Assembly (NCBI GenBank): GCA_017499595.2
Contig: CM039005.1
Location: 1,860,001 to 1,924,000 of the forward strand
Origin: Psilocybe cubensis
Taxonomy: Eukaryota
DNA: 64,000 bases
Reading direction: 5' to 3'
A program made the position numbers and the translations under genes. Positions 50,618 to 62,811 of this stretch are shown here, piece by piece (the stretch's first letter is position 1; each line of letters starts with the position of its first letter). The notes beneath the pieces are model-generated. The model made no database searches. It had not been told where the DNA came from and saw nothing but the letters and a program-made list of their open reading frames with translations.

Positions 50618-53053
50618 CGTGCTAGAGGCCACTTATGGATTCACCTGGGGTGAATCGACTGGATTGACAAAGTGGGGATGCAAGAACAGAAGCAGACGGA
50701 CAAGGTGCATTATATGAGCGAATCTTGGGCTAGTCATTAACCAAGAGATCGGGCGAATGAAATGCTAAAGGGAGCTGGACATTGTGGGTATAGTTTGGTG
50801 CCATATGGACAGGAACTTAGGCAGTAGAACAGAAGCTCAGATCTCAGAGAAATGCCATGAAAAGCCACACATGGCGCGCTAAAGGTTACAGAGTGGGCAA
50901 AGCAAATGGTGTGCTTATCTAACCCACAACACCATCATTCCTGTTTCCAAACTCCCTTGATTGCCGCCAGGACCAACAAAAATAAATAAAATTAGCTGGA
51001 GATAAGCACTTCCTCCGTGTCAGAATAGAATTGTCGGGCAAATAACAGCGATTCAAATCAGGCTGAACATCGTAGCTCAGAATTGCCTGCACGCAACCCC
51101 CAAAGGTATGAGATTGCTATCAATAGAACGATGTGGCGATTGGCAGAAGATACCATTCACGATACCAAGTTCTCTTCGGAGATTCGCAATCGCTCGGGCA
51201 TCGAGACGGTATGCCAAACCTAAAGCTATGGAGCCAATTCCAGCCGATAGCTCTCCAAACCAACGACAGTGACAACCCAGCCTGACCTAGGTCGACTCGA
51301 TGAGGGCTTTCTCTATCATGCACGACTCAAAGTATCGTGTGCTCCCGGAGCTCCTGGACATCCTTGGCGAATTGGCAATGTGGGGCTATTGCTGTCTAAC
51401 TTGCATGCACTATACTGCAAGGTCGCGGCAGATGACACTCAGTGACATTCGCGGCTCGCTTTTCTTTCCGGCACCTCTGGACTAGGTCAAAACCTCGATC
51501 CGAACTGGACGCTCGTGTCTTGCGCTAAGTGACGCTTCAATGAATCCCCGTCTGGACTATCCTGATAATTGCGGTCTTCTCAATTAATTGTCCTATTGCA
51601 GATCCGTTCTCCTCAATCATGTCTGCAGCACCCCCGCCGATCTCGACCGGGACCCAACCTTCGTTTGACCCTATGTTACCGCCTCGAAATGTCGTCACAC
51701 ATGCCCAGATTTTGTACCAGTGTACCATCGTACCTTCCACTTGCTCAGTTCCGTAGGAAAAAAGATAGTAGACCTCCCACATGCGCCCAAGACATCCAAG
51801 AAGTGCCCAAAACATAAACAGGCCTCTTTTCCTAATGTGCAGGCAGCTGTTTTCCTGCTTTCTGGGTGCCACGGAAAGCGCCAGCCAATCTCCATAAAGT
51901 TGCAGTGCTCGCGAGCCCAAATCAAACCATGACCATGCGATTTACTGTGATTCAATCGGTTGCTCGCCTGGCAAGCACCATGTGCTTTTGTATATACTTC
52001 CGCCCCGGGCCAGCGTACGAGTGATAGCTCGATGCAAATGTTACCGCTAGCACGGGTACAAGGACTAGGCAATGCGATAAAGGTCGACACTGATACGTCT
52101 GACATTCTATTGGCCAAGTCTAACCCGTTTATCTTTTTAATAGTTATATATTCTTCCGGCCGGTCTAAAGACTACAATGTCTTTTTACCCTTCAAAGTTC
52201 AGGTTCATTCGGAGCGACTTTACTAAGAATCTCTATGCAATAGTCCTCGGTTTCATTCGTTGCAAAGCTTGCCAAGGGCTACCAAGAGCGGCCTTCAACC
52301 CGTGTATCAAAGTTCAAACTCAAAGTGCACTATCATGCAATTTCATTGCAATGGCGCGAGAGTTTCGGCAATATTACTCCCGAGTCTCTATGGCGTTCTT
52401 GATCTCACTCGTCGACGGCCCGTTTCCTTGTCTTATGTTTTTGAAGGTCATCATAGTACACCATTGCCAAAAACCTTCGAAGGCGTACCGTAAATCAGCC
52501 ATGCGTTATCCAACCTTTTGCACTGTAAAAACACAGGACTTGATACCAGCGTCAACAGGCCTGGCTGCTCCGACGCATATGTCGACCCCGTCCAACCCGG
52601 ATTGAAGAATAGGAGTAGTATAACCAAATGAGCATTTCTAAATGAACATGGCGAGTATATTGTGTGCTTACTAGTACTCCACTTTCACAATCAACATTCA
52701 ACTTTTGCAAACCATTCAGGGGCAATTAACCAGGTGGTCGCTTTCTTGGCGAAACTACTTGGAGTCCGTATAAAAATAGACCTACCAAGATGGCATTATT
52801 TAATTTGGTGTAGGATGATGAAGAATCTAAATCTCCTGGCTGGATATTATATTGATTTTACCATGCTTTGTCAACGTCAAGTGTTTCGGGCGCTGGCCTT
52901 CCTTTTATGATCTGTTCCAACAATGAAAGTGGCAGGAATAAGCGCCCAAAATGAACCATTCCATATGGTATTTTTCAAACACCACAACTATTGGGCACAC
53001 AATTTATTGCTCCAAAAAGAGCGGTAAGGTAAAGATATCAACTAAGTTATTGA

Positions 53054-53520
53054 CTAGAGCTCAGAGATTCCGTGGTATTGCAGAGAGTGCTGGAGTACAT
53101 CCAGGCCGTTATGTCGAAGGTCAAAGAATGTTCCTGCACATGAAAGCTCGAGGATGCGCACAACAACACCCTTGTCATCGCACTTGATACCAACAACTTC
53201 GCCTGGTTCAACTAAGATGGTACAAGCTCCAAGATGCACTGCTCGCTCCACAACAGACTATTGGAATTAGAAGGTGAATGACTTTAATTCTGGAAGCAGA
53301 GGTGCGGGGAGGGTATCAATATCAGAGTGGAGTAATGACAATCGTTGAAAGAATTGTTTCTGTGAGACAATTTCAAGCTCTGCGTCGACTTCCAATGCCT
53401 GCAAGGACGGTGCGGCGGCCAACACCTCCAATAGAGTACTGTACTCAGATTCCTGGGCCGTGACGTTCAACTCCTTTATTGGTGCGCATCCAATTTTTCA
53501 TAATTCGCCATGTCAATGGA
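53054..53520 (-). pseudogene. Degraded fragment of an F-box/RNI-like gene
   Basis: LLEVLAAAPSLQALEV...FFQRL...PLLPELKSFTF followed by stop codons. No intact upstream ORF. Confidence 0.4.
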
Positions 53521-53715
53521 TACCAAGTGGATCCTTTAGTCCAGGGGGTGTACGAACGATTTTCCTCTGTTCCTAGAGCTGCACTGTGAAAGTACTGAGT
53601 GGATTGTATGTGGGGTCTGACTGACAAAGTGGTTGAAAGGTCCTGGTAACGTCCAGCTCGGGTTTTGCCGACGAGGCAACCAGCTTCCTCGATGCGCTCC
53701 GACCCAAAAGCACCC

Positions 53716-54689
53716 ATGGAAGACCTCAACTTCATCCTCATCGATCGCTCCGGCGCCCTCGTCTCCGAATGGACGCGCGCCTTTACCGAACATATCCAAG
53801 ACCGCGCCCTCCGTGCCAGGTTCACACCTCTCACCTTACACAGCGGTGCGCTCGCCGATCTCGACGCCGCGCACAAGCAGTTCGATTGTGTCGTGTCGCC
53901 CGCTAACTCGTATGGGCGCTTAGACGGCGGGTGAATATCATTGATCGTTGTTACGGTAATGCTTGTTGCCTGTGCCATTTGTGTTCCCTACATTCTCCCA
54001 GGAAACCATTGTCGCGATCCCCTACAATGTTTCGAAGTGAAATGACAGCGTTGCTGACGCGGTTTTCCCAACCCACGTTCTTCTATCCCATCCTCAGATT
54101 CGATCAAGCAATATCCGATGCACTCTCACCCACTGACCCACACCTCCCGACGCAGCTCGCGCAATCGCTCCTCTACGACCGCTGGAAAGGCTACGCGCCG
54201 CCGGGGACATGCACACTCCTCTCGCTCGCGGATACATCCTGCACTCCAAATGCACACGGATGCGCGTACATCGCACTCTGCCCGACGATGCGCGTGCCGC
54301 AGGACGCGACGTGGGATAGGGAGGTCGTGTACAATACGATGTGGGCGTTGCTCGTGGAACTGGAGAAGCATAATCGCCAGGCTGTTGCGTCGGGCTCCAG
54401 GGAAAGCTCTATCAGCAATGTCCATGATGGAATATCTGGGGGTGCATCGGACGGTACATTAACCAAAGAATTGCACTCAGAAAGCCCATGCACGCCAATA
54501 CGAACGGTGCTGATGACCGGCTTTGGGACAGGCACGGGAAAGCTATCAGCGGCGCGCTGCGCGCAGCAGATGGCTCTGGCTGTTGAACACTTCGCCGACG
54601 CTTGTGCGCATCCGCGTAAATGGAGCGCCCTCGAATGGGACGACGCGTTTTCGTACGCAGACGAGGTGAAGCTGACGCATACTCTGTAG
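53716..54689 (+). CDS. Macro-domain (ADP-ribose/Appr-1''-p processing) protein, one intron at about 53931-54097
   Basis: DCVVSPANSYGRLDGG|FDQAIS, CPTMRVP and MTGFGTGTG. Confidence 0.88.
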
Positions 54690-55027
54690 TTGATACAGTT
54701 TATTGTGATCAGGTTATGGGATATTGATGCAATCGTAAGTTTGTGAACCTTGGACTCGCCTTCGGAACTGCCTATTCAACTATGCCTTGACAGAAACAAG
54801 TACCCTTTACAGTGATTTACCAACATGGAGCAAATATACTCTGCTATTTATGCGCGATGCAGAAGTGTGGTTAGACGCCGTGGTGAGCCATTTTTGCGCA
54901 AACACACAAAATATAACACGAGAATTACCATAAACTCAAAAGCTGAACATATATAGCATTCATACAATGCATAAATACGATTGGGATACAATTACCGGGG
55001 AAACTAAATGTAAACAGGTCCTCTAAA

Positions 55028-55936
55028 TCACAGACGAACAAGTCCCTGAGTAGGTTTTGAATCTGCCTTTGCAGCAACGGTGAACCCATACGCCCTCTCA
55101 TGTCCGTCCGTAAGGACATTCAAACTGAACGTCCAACTAATCTCTCCCGAGCCAGGGAACTTGCTTCTCCAGACCTTGGATTTGAACACATTGTACACGC
55201 GAATGAGGAGGAGGAGGGCGTAGGAGGTACTATATGGCATATTAAGTTCATGAGTATGTTTTTTATGCTCACAGCACATACGCATGGCTCAGAGTTGGCA
55301 ATAATTGAAAACTCACGCGAGGAGGATCCCGAACGCAGCTACGAAGCCCATGATGATGTTGATAGCCAGTTGGTAATCCTTGCACTTGGGGTGGGGCGGC
55401 GCCCATTTTTTTGTCCGCCAGTCATAGATGCCACGGCACGCGCTTAAGGGCATAAAATCAATCCACCAGACAGAGCACACGATGGTGCCTACCAGAAACA
55501 CAACATCACTGGCGAAGCTGAGCAGGGCGGGAAGCGGGGCGCAGAGGATGATGATTGCTGTAATGGCAGAGGCGATGTACTGTCAATAATGAAAATAGTG
55601 TCACAAAAAATGTTAGACTCTTTTGACTTTGGCCGCCTTGCTCCTCTGAGAGCCAGGGGAGATAATATAAATAACAGTCCGCACCCATTTCATCACTGCA
55701 CCGTCGGTATGGTTTCGCCAAGTTGAGAACGGCGCGACGTCGAGCAAAATGAGAATCGCGATGATCAAAATGATGATGAAGGTCGACAGGATGAGTCCAG
55801 CAACTCTAATTATCTTCGCATATCTATGTAATCGCAACGACAGACGCGCGTTCGTGGGTGGCAAATCACTATCTGAAACGGTGGACGCGTTATTCTCGCT
55901 CATAAGAGGTGCGTATTCCGGAGAGGTCGACGGCAT
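55028..55936 (-). CDS. Small multi-TM membrane protein, paralog 1 of 3
   Basis: E(Y/S)APLL N-terminal motif, YAKIIRVAGLILS, PPHPKCKDYQLAINIIMGF and C-terminal KADSKPTQG. Confidence 0.75.
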
Positions 55937-56479
55937 GCTGTCGAATGTCGGTTTAGCGGTCAGAATTTGGTGATAGTATCAAGAGTGGGGTTGTCAGCGC
56001 CTCTGCCAGGTCAAACTCGCTTATTATATACGCAGTTCTCTCCACTGTTCAGTTTATATATAGTAAACTGAATTATCCCACACAGAGACGATTTTCTATC
56101 CTATTACGACTGTTACCTCGTTACCATCTACGCCTGCGCGTGCATAGCCATTCTAGATGCACATCATCTTTCTCAAGACCGTAAGCGCACTAATCGACTG
56201 TTCTAAATTTAGAACATGCTGTACCGGTAGCGCCCTTTCGAAGCGCCGCTGGAAGCTCTCCATGGTGTGTGAGACACCCACTTCCATAGTGTTTTTTACA
56301 TCAGAGACGTGTACGAGTGGAAATTCTTCAAGTCCAATTACTTCATGATCAGCGTCCCAGCCCTCGAGTCGGGCGAGCCACGGAGTAGTTATGTCATGAA
56401 ATGGCACAAAGGTTGATTACATATACAATTAGGATTGAGATACCATTGCTGTGAAATACGGGCGTTCTTGTACTCTTAA

Positions 56480-57358
56480 TCACAGATGGACAGGCCCTTG
56501 TGTGGGTTTTGAATCTGCCTTTGCACCAACAGTGAACCCATACGTCCTCTCATGTCCGTCCTCAAGGACATTCAAGCTCACTGTCCACCTAATCTCTCCC
56601 GAGCCAGGAAGCTTGAATTTGAATACATTGTAAACACGAATGATGATGAGGAGGGCGTAGGAGATGCTACACGAAATATCCAGAAAGACATGAGAATTTT
56701 GTTACACTTAGGCACTGCTCGTAGCACCGAGTCGGCGAGGGATAGAAAAACTCACGCAAGGAGGATTCCAAAGGTAGCTGTGAAGCCCATTATAATGTTG
56801 ATAGCCAGTTGGTAATCCTTGCATTTGGGGTGCGGGGGTAACCATTCTCTGGTCGGCGGATCATATCGTCCCATGCAAGCCCTCAAGGGCATATGCTTGA
56901 TCCACCGAACAGAGCACACGATAGTACCCACCAAGAGCACGAAATCGCTGGTAAAGCTGAGTAGGGAGGGCAACGGGGTGCAGATAATGATGATCGCTGT
57001 GATGGCAGAGGCAATATACTGTCAAGGAACCAAACGGTGGCATCGAAATGATGCTACTATTAGATTCGCTTGGGCCTGACCACAATGACTAAATAGCGCT
57101 CACCCATCCTATAACTTTTTGCTCGGTAATGCTCCGCAAATACGATGAGATAGGTGAAATCTTGAGTAAAATGAGTTTCGCAATGACCAGAATGACGATG
57201 AAGATCGACAGGATGAGTCCAGCAACTCTAATAATCTTTGCATATCTTCGTAATCGGGACGACAGACGGGCGTTCGTGGGCGGCAAATCACTATCTGGGA
57301 TAGTGGATGTGTCGTGCTCGTTCAACAGAGGTGCGGACTCTGAGGGAGGCGGCGGCAT
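56480..57358 (-). CDS. Small multi-TM membrane protein, paralog 2 of 3
   Basis: Same exon structure and motifs as paralogs 1 and 3. Confidence 0.75.
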
Positions 57359-58246
57359 GTCTTCCACAATTGGGTGGTAGTATCAAGAGTGGGACGATCA
57401 GTGCCTCTGCCAGGTCAAACTCGCTTATATGTATAAGCAATTCTTTCCACTGTCCAGTTTATATATAGTAGACTGATATATCCCACCTCCCACGACCTCA
57501 TATCATATCATGGACTACTACCTTACTAAGATCGTAAGTGCAGGAATAGACTGTTCTAAATTTAGAACATGCTATACCGGTGGACGCCCTTTTAAAGCGC
57601 TGGGAGCGATACATCCACTTCAATAGTATTTTTTGCATCATAGATATGTACATTTCCCAAGGCTAAGCTCGTCAAGTCTATTCACTTCATGGTCGGCGCC
57701 CCATCCCTCGGACGAGACGTGGACGAGTCATGCCAGTGACGTTGGAAAAAATGTTGCTCATCTTGACAATTTATCATCCGTTTTCCAACAATTCTATCCA
57801 AGAGTAATGCAAGATTAATAAAAACTTCAAATTATCAATGAATTTCTTTGTACATTTTATTGAAACAAGATAACTTCATTTATCTGCTAGATAATCTAGG
57901 AACAATAATACCATCATTAGGAAAAGGATGGATTAGTGCACTGTCCCGGCGGGACAGGCAGTTAGACTATTTGATCATCCAGCTGTTGGATGCCCGAGGT
58001 GAGCCATTTGTGCGGTGAAAACACATGAAATAGCAATGTGGATTATCTCCACTGACCCAGCAATTAGACGCCCGGCGAGCCATTTTCGCCGGGGGCACAC
58101 AGAAAAACAAAGGCACAAGAGATATATCACCAGCCAGTCCAATTTTTCTGTCTGTAACATTCCTTATACAATACAATATATACAATCAACCGGGATAAAA
58201 CTACTAAATATAAAGTCCAGAAAGTCGACTCTTCATTGGGGGGAAA

Positions 58247-59129
58247 TTACAGATGCACAGGTCCCTGGGTAGGTTTTGAATCTGCCTTGGCGCCGACGGA
58301 GAACCCGTATGTTCGCTCATGGCCGTCTGTGAGGACGTTCAAGCTGACTGTCCATGTGATCTCGCCAGAGCCAGGGAGCTTGCTCCTCCAGCTTTTGGAC
58401 CTGAACACATTGTACACGCGAATGACTAGGAGGAGGGCGTAGGAGGTGCTATGTAAAAAATACCGACATGATGAGTGTCACAAATTCGAGTCGGTTACAG
58501 AGGGAAGGAACCAAAAAACTCACGCGAGTAGAATCCCAAAAGCAGCTACGAAGCCCATGATGATGTTAATAATCAGCTGGTAATCCTTGCACTTGGGATG
58601 CGGCGGCGTCCATTTCTTGGTGCGCCAGTCGTATTGGCCATTACAGTCGCTCAACGGCATACTGTCGATCCACTGCACCGAGGACACGATAAAGCCCACC
58701 AGGAACGTAACGTCGTTCGCGAAGCTGACCAGCGCAGGGAGGGGGGCGCAGAGGATGATAATGGCTGTGATCACAGAGGCGATGTACTGTATAGGACAAA
58801 CGACCCGTTAGATTATATTTTCTGATTTACATAAAGAATGTATGTGGCTTGGAGCATGCACGTACCCATCCAATCACGTTTTCCTCGGCTCTGTACCTCC
58901 AAGATGAATTCGAAAGCGGTGCAATTTTAACCAAAACAATAAACGCAATAATCAAAACGAGCCCCAAAATTGACAGAACGAGTCCAGAGACTCTGAGGAT
59001 CTTCGCGTATCTCTGCAGACGCGACGCAATGCGGGCGTCACCGTTTATAGGGCGCGAATAGTCGTCTGCGGGCGAGGCGTCGTGGTCGCTCAAGAGGGGC
59101 GCAGACTCGGACTCGGACGGGCGCGACAT
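58247..59129 (-). CDS. Small multi-TM membrane protein, paralog 3 of 3
   Basis: Same exon structure and motifs as paralogs 1 and 2. Confidence 0.75.
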
Positions 59130-59402
59130 GGTTGAAACTTGATTAATTGGAGTCGTGTACGGTGTCGGTGGTGGGCGGCGAGGGAACAGTCAGAAACTGG
59201 GGGAGACTTAAATATGTCAAATCCCACCCGGCCTGCTGCTGCGCTTATATATAATCTATCTCCACAGCACAGTAACTTTGAGTAGATCAAAACACATCCC
59301 ATCAAACCCATCCACTCCTACCCGGCCCCATCGTATCACGACACGACCTGCCAGTGTTAGGTCGTCACCTCGTTACTTCGTTACAGCCCCTTCAACCTTC
59401 CA

Positions 59403-59470
59403 CCTCACCTCCAAACCTCCAAACCGACTGCGCAATCCTCACCTCCAAACCTCCAAACCGACTGCGCAAT
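59403..59470. repeat. Perfect 34-bp tandem duplication
   Basis: CCTCACCTCCAAACCTCCAAACCGACTGCGCAAT occurs twice. Confidence 0.9.
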
Positions 59471-60037
59471 TAAGCGTGCATAGCCCAATTACGATACTGC
59501 TTAACAATTAAAAACAAAAAAAGCTGATTCGCTGATTCGCATGATTCGGTTGATTCTATCGTAAGTGCGCAGTGATTTCGTTCAATTATCCCATGTTCTA
59601 AATTTAGACTTCGATGTACACGTGTTACTACGCCTAGAGCCTAGCGCGCGGCGCGACTTGTCGCTCGCGTGGCACGGGCGACCTTTTGGTCCTTGGAAGC
59701 GCCCGAAGCGCGCATAAGTAGTTGCGCAATTGGATGTAAATATAAATTCTCAGTAGATATTTTATATGAGAATCCACTTCCGCAGTGCCGCAGCAGTCTG
59801 CCTGAAATCGTGCTGCGTACACAAGGAGATCAGCTTCTTTCCTTTGAAGGCTTCCTACTTTTTCGTTTGTCCGGGGTAGTGCTGAGAGTCGACATGTAAC
59901 CAGGAACAAGGTTCTCTCAAATCCTTTCCACATCTACAACACACATTCTATCTACAATCACAAATTCTACGCATCCTCAATCTTATCTCCTCCTTTTCTA
60001 CTTCTATCATAATCCCTCACACTCTTACCCCGCTCTT

Positions 60038-60147
60038 CCCTCCTCCCTCCTCCCTCCTCCCTCCTCCCTCCTCCCTCCTCCCTCCTCCCTCCTCCCTCCT
60101 CCCTCCTCCCTCCTCCCTCCTCCCTCCTCCCTCCTCCCTCCTCCCTC
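60038..60147. repeat. (CCCTCCT)n heptamer tandem repeat, about 15 copies
   Basis: Directly visible in the sequence, about 30 bp downstream of the AKR stop codon. Confidence 0.95.
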
Positions 60148-60177
60148 ATCCCTCATCAACATTGCATCGGGCCTCCC

Positions 60178-61682
60178 TCACTCACAATCCGGGAACCCAA
60201 GCGACCCCCATCCCGTCCAATTAGGATGACACACACGGAAATGATTCGTCTTGTCAATATCCTGCAGCTCCTGCACCTCCTCCGGTGTCAAATCGATAAC
60301 CTTCGCGTTGGCTGCCAGTCACAAAAAAAACAAAAAGAAAAGAAAGAAAAGATGGTATTAGTATTAACATCCTCGAAACATGGAGAAAATTTGTGGAATT
60401 TGGTTGTATAGATGAAAATAAACGCACCTTTAATCCTAGCGTCCGTAACAGACTTTGAAAGAACTACAAAAACAACCCATCAGCCACAAGCCACAAGCCA
60501 AACCCAAAACCCAAAAACGCAAACGCAAAAAACGCACCATTAACCCCCGGCTTATTCGCCTGCAACGAAATAAGCACATTCGCAGGGCTCACACCATACC
60601 GCTCCGCAATCTTATTCACAATAGGGTTCGTGAGCAGTGGGGAGTCGTTTGAGCCTAGGGGTGAGTAGGCTGTCACGACGATGTTGTGCGTGCGGCAGAA
60701 GTCGACTAGGGGTTCTTGGGTGCATGAGCTGTGGGTGGTGTTTTAGTGAGAATGTTTGAGTGTGTGGATGGGATGGGATGGGGATGGGGTGGGATGGGGT
60801 GGGATGGGGTGGGATGGGGTGTGAGGGAAATTTGTGTACGTACGGATGCAGCTCGATTTGGTTGACGGCTGGTACGACCTCGCTGTCCGCGAGCAGGCGC
60901 TTAAGATAGTCAATGCAAAAATTGGACACGCCTTGATTAATTCGTAAACAAATAATATTAACATATTAATATCGTCGTCCGAATGTGATAAAATAAAATA
61001 TATGCGCACCGATGGCTTTCACTTTGTCAGGGTTTTCTTTGTAGACTTTGACCATTTCTTTCCAGGTGTCGAGCCAGTCGATCTGGGGTGGGTGGGTGGG
61101 TTTAGAGGTGTTTTAGTTAGGGATGGCCCGATGGACGCGTACCGAGCGATCGGGGCCGCTGAGGTCCTGCACCATAGGCGCCGGCCAGTGCATCAGCCCT
61201 ACAAATCAAAGACAAAAAAACGCATCAGCTCCCCTCTTCTCACAAACACTCACACTCCAAACACCACAAAAAAACCAGAAAAGAAAAAATCAAACGCACA
61301 AAGATCCAAATAATCAGTCTTAAGCGCCCTAAGCGAAAAATCCAACGCATCCTTCACGCGCTTATGATCATTGTTATTCAATTTAGTAGTGAGGAAGAAG
61401 GAGGAGCGGGGGACACCGGAGGCGAGGATGCCTGCGCCGACTTCGGATTCGTTGTCGTAGGCGGTTGCGGTGTCGATGTGGGTGTACCCGTTTTGGAGGG
61501 CGAATTGGACGGCGTGGGCAACTTCGCCGGGGCCGGATTTCCAGGTGCCTGTGTGGGTGTGGTTTTGGGGTGAGTGTGAGTGTGAGGGTGAGGGGAGGAG
61601 GGGGAAGGGGGGGAGACGTACCGAGACCGAGGGTGGGCATCTCAGCGCCGGTGTTAAGTGTTACGGATTTGCTAGCTGGCAT
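60178..61682 (-). CDS. Aldo-keto reductase (GCY1/YPR1-like), multi-exon
   Basis: MPTLGLG|TW, GYTHIDTATAYDNE, TTKL, DYLDL..MHWP, KAIG|VSNF, PAVNQIELHP, AYSPLGS and SKSVT..RI. Confidence 0.95.
60766..60820. repeat. (GGGAT/GGGGT)n pentamer repeat inside an AKR intron
   Basis: Directly visible in the sequence. Confidence 0.85.
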
Positions 61683-62146
61683 TGTTGTTGTGGTTGTAAT
61701 GCAGGGTGTGGTGGGTTGATAAGAGAGAAAAAAAGGAAGGATTCACACTGGCTCTTTATACTCGCTCGGAGACCCGGCAATTACTGTTGACTTTACTTTG
61801 GAGTGACCCCTGTGTGCGCCCCCTCCCAGCGCCATATGATCGCTGAGTGATGATTTCATGTCGTTACGGCGTATATTCGGGGGTTGGGTTAGTCCTTTTG
61901 CAGTTTATAGCTTCTGGGTTCACACAAATTATGAATTTTTCGATGATGGACGACTAAAGAAAGTGAAAATGCTTTCACGATGATGAAAGCTGCCACCCAC
62001 AGATAAGATGAAGAAAAGATCACAAGAATGACGTCAACGCTGATGGTATTTGCGTCTTCCCTCCATGCCAATTAGAAACAAGCAGACGCATACAATCAAG
62101 TCACAATCTTTTTTTGATCGCGTTGAGATGCTTTTTTCTCTCATAC

Positions 62147-62619
62147 CACGACAGATGGAAAGCTGCGAGGCTCGCCCCATACAGGACGGGCAGCGGCGGT
62201 AGGGACCTCTGTGTCCCTCCTTATGCTGCGCATCCGCACTCGCGAGCGGGCTAAGGTCTGAGCATTCCAACCATTCTCGATCGGTCCTAGCGGGACCCAG
62301 CTGTAACCAGCTGCAACGGCGTATCAGAAATCCGACCCCCCGCGTTAATCCCCCTTTGAGGGAACCCCAAAGATCGCCTAGGCAGGAGGGGAGGGCGCGG
62401 GACGGTCTTGGAACTCGCTGTAATGGTCGGGTGGCGAGCCGCGTGCGACGACTTGGGAGTTGCTCCTTCTTCGCGGGGGAGCGGCTCACGCAGGGCGCGC
62501 AGCGCTCGACTATCCTTCAGCTCACTTCGCAGCGCATGTTGGTTGTTTCCTTTCAAGCCTGTGGGGGCTAGAGAGGGATCTCCGTGCAACTCGATTCAGA
62601 CTACTCTTCGTCTGTCGTG
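62147..62619 (+). ncRNA. RPR1: Nuclear RNase P RNA, about 473 nt
   Basis: P1: CACGACAGATGG (62147-58) pairs with TCGTCTGTCGTG (62608-19). P2: GCTGCGAGG pairs with CTTCGCAGC. P4 pseudoknot: AAGGTCTGAG (CR-I) pairs with AACTCGATTCAGACTAC (CR-V). CR-II CAGAAA and CR-III TGGAA are present, and a T6 run follows. Confidence 0.88.
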
Positions 62620-62622
62620 CAA

Positions 62623-62628
62623 TTTTTT
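62623..62628 (+). terminator. Oligo-T tract, candidate Pol III terminator of the RNase P RNA
   Basis: TTTTTT begins 4 nt after the 3' strand of P1. Confidence 0.6.
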
Positions 62629-62811
62629 CCTTTTTGTTCACTTTGTGTGAATAGTGTCGGTATTCGGTACATACTTTCCCCTTAATGACAAGACCACTCC
62701 TGTTTTTGGGAAACATTTTGCTGAATTTGTTTATCGTATCACGTGATCCAACGCGACGCGTTTCCTTGAGATTCTTGAACCGCGTCAATAGCTTGCTCGA
62801 ACACTCCCGAA

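Noticed and set aside
50638-50656. Hairpin GATTCACC-TGG-GGTGAATC just upstream of the OPT start codon
   Set aside because: An 8-bp stem could arise by chance in 64 kb.
51120-53000. Scattered short ORFs between the OPT and macro-domain genes
   Set aside because: No recognisable domain or consistent exon chain. Probably intergenic or decayed sequence.
59634-59730. GC-rich hairpins next to CTAG, suggesting a Helitron 3' end or small ncRNA
   Set aside because: CTAG is not followed by the expected T, and I found no 5' TC end, second copy or RNA family motif.
59967-60149. ORF encoding REEGGGR repeats
   Set aside because: It is simply the translation of the heptamer tandem repeat.
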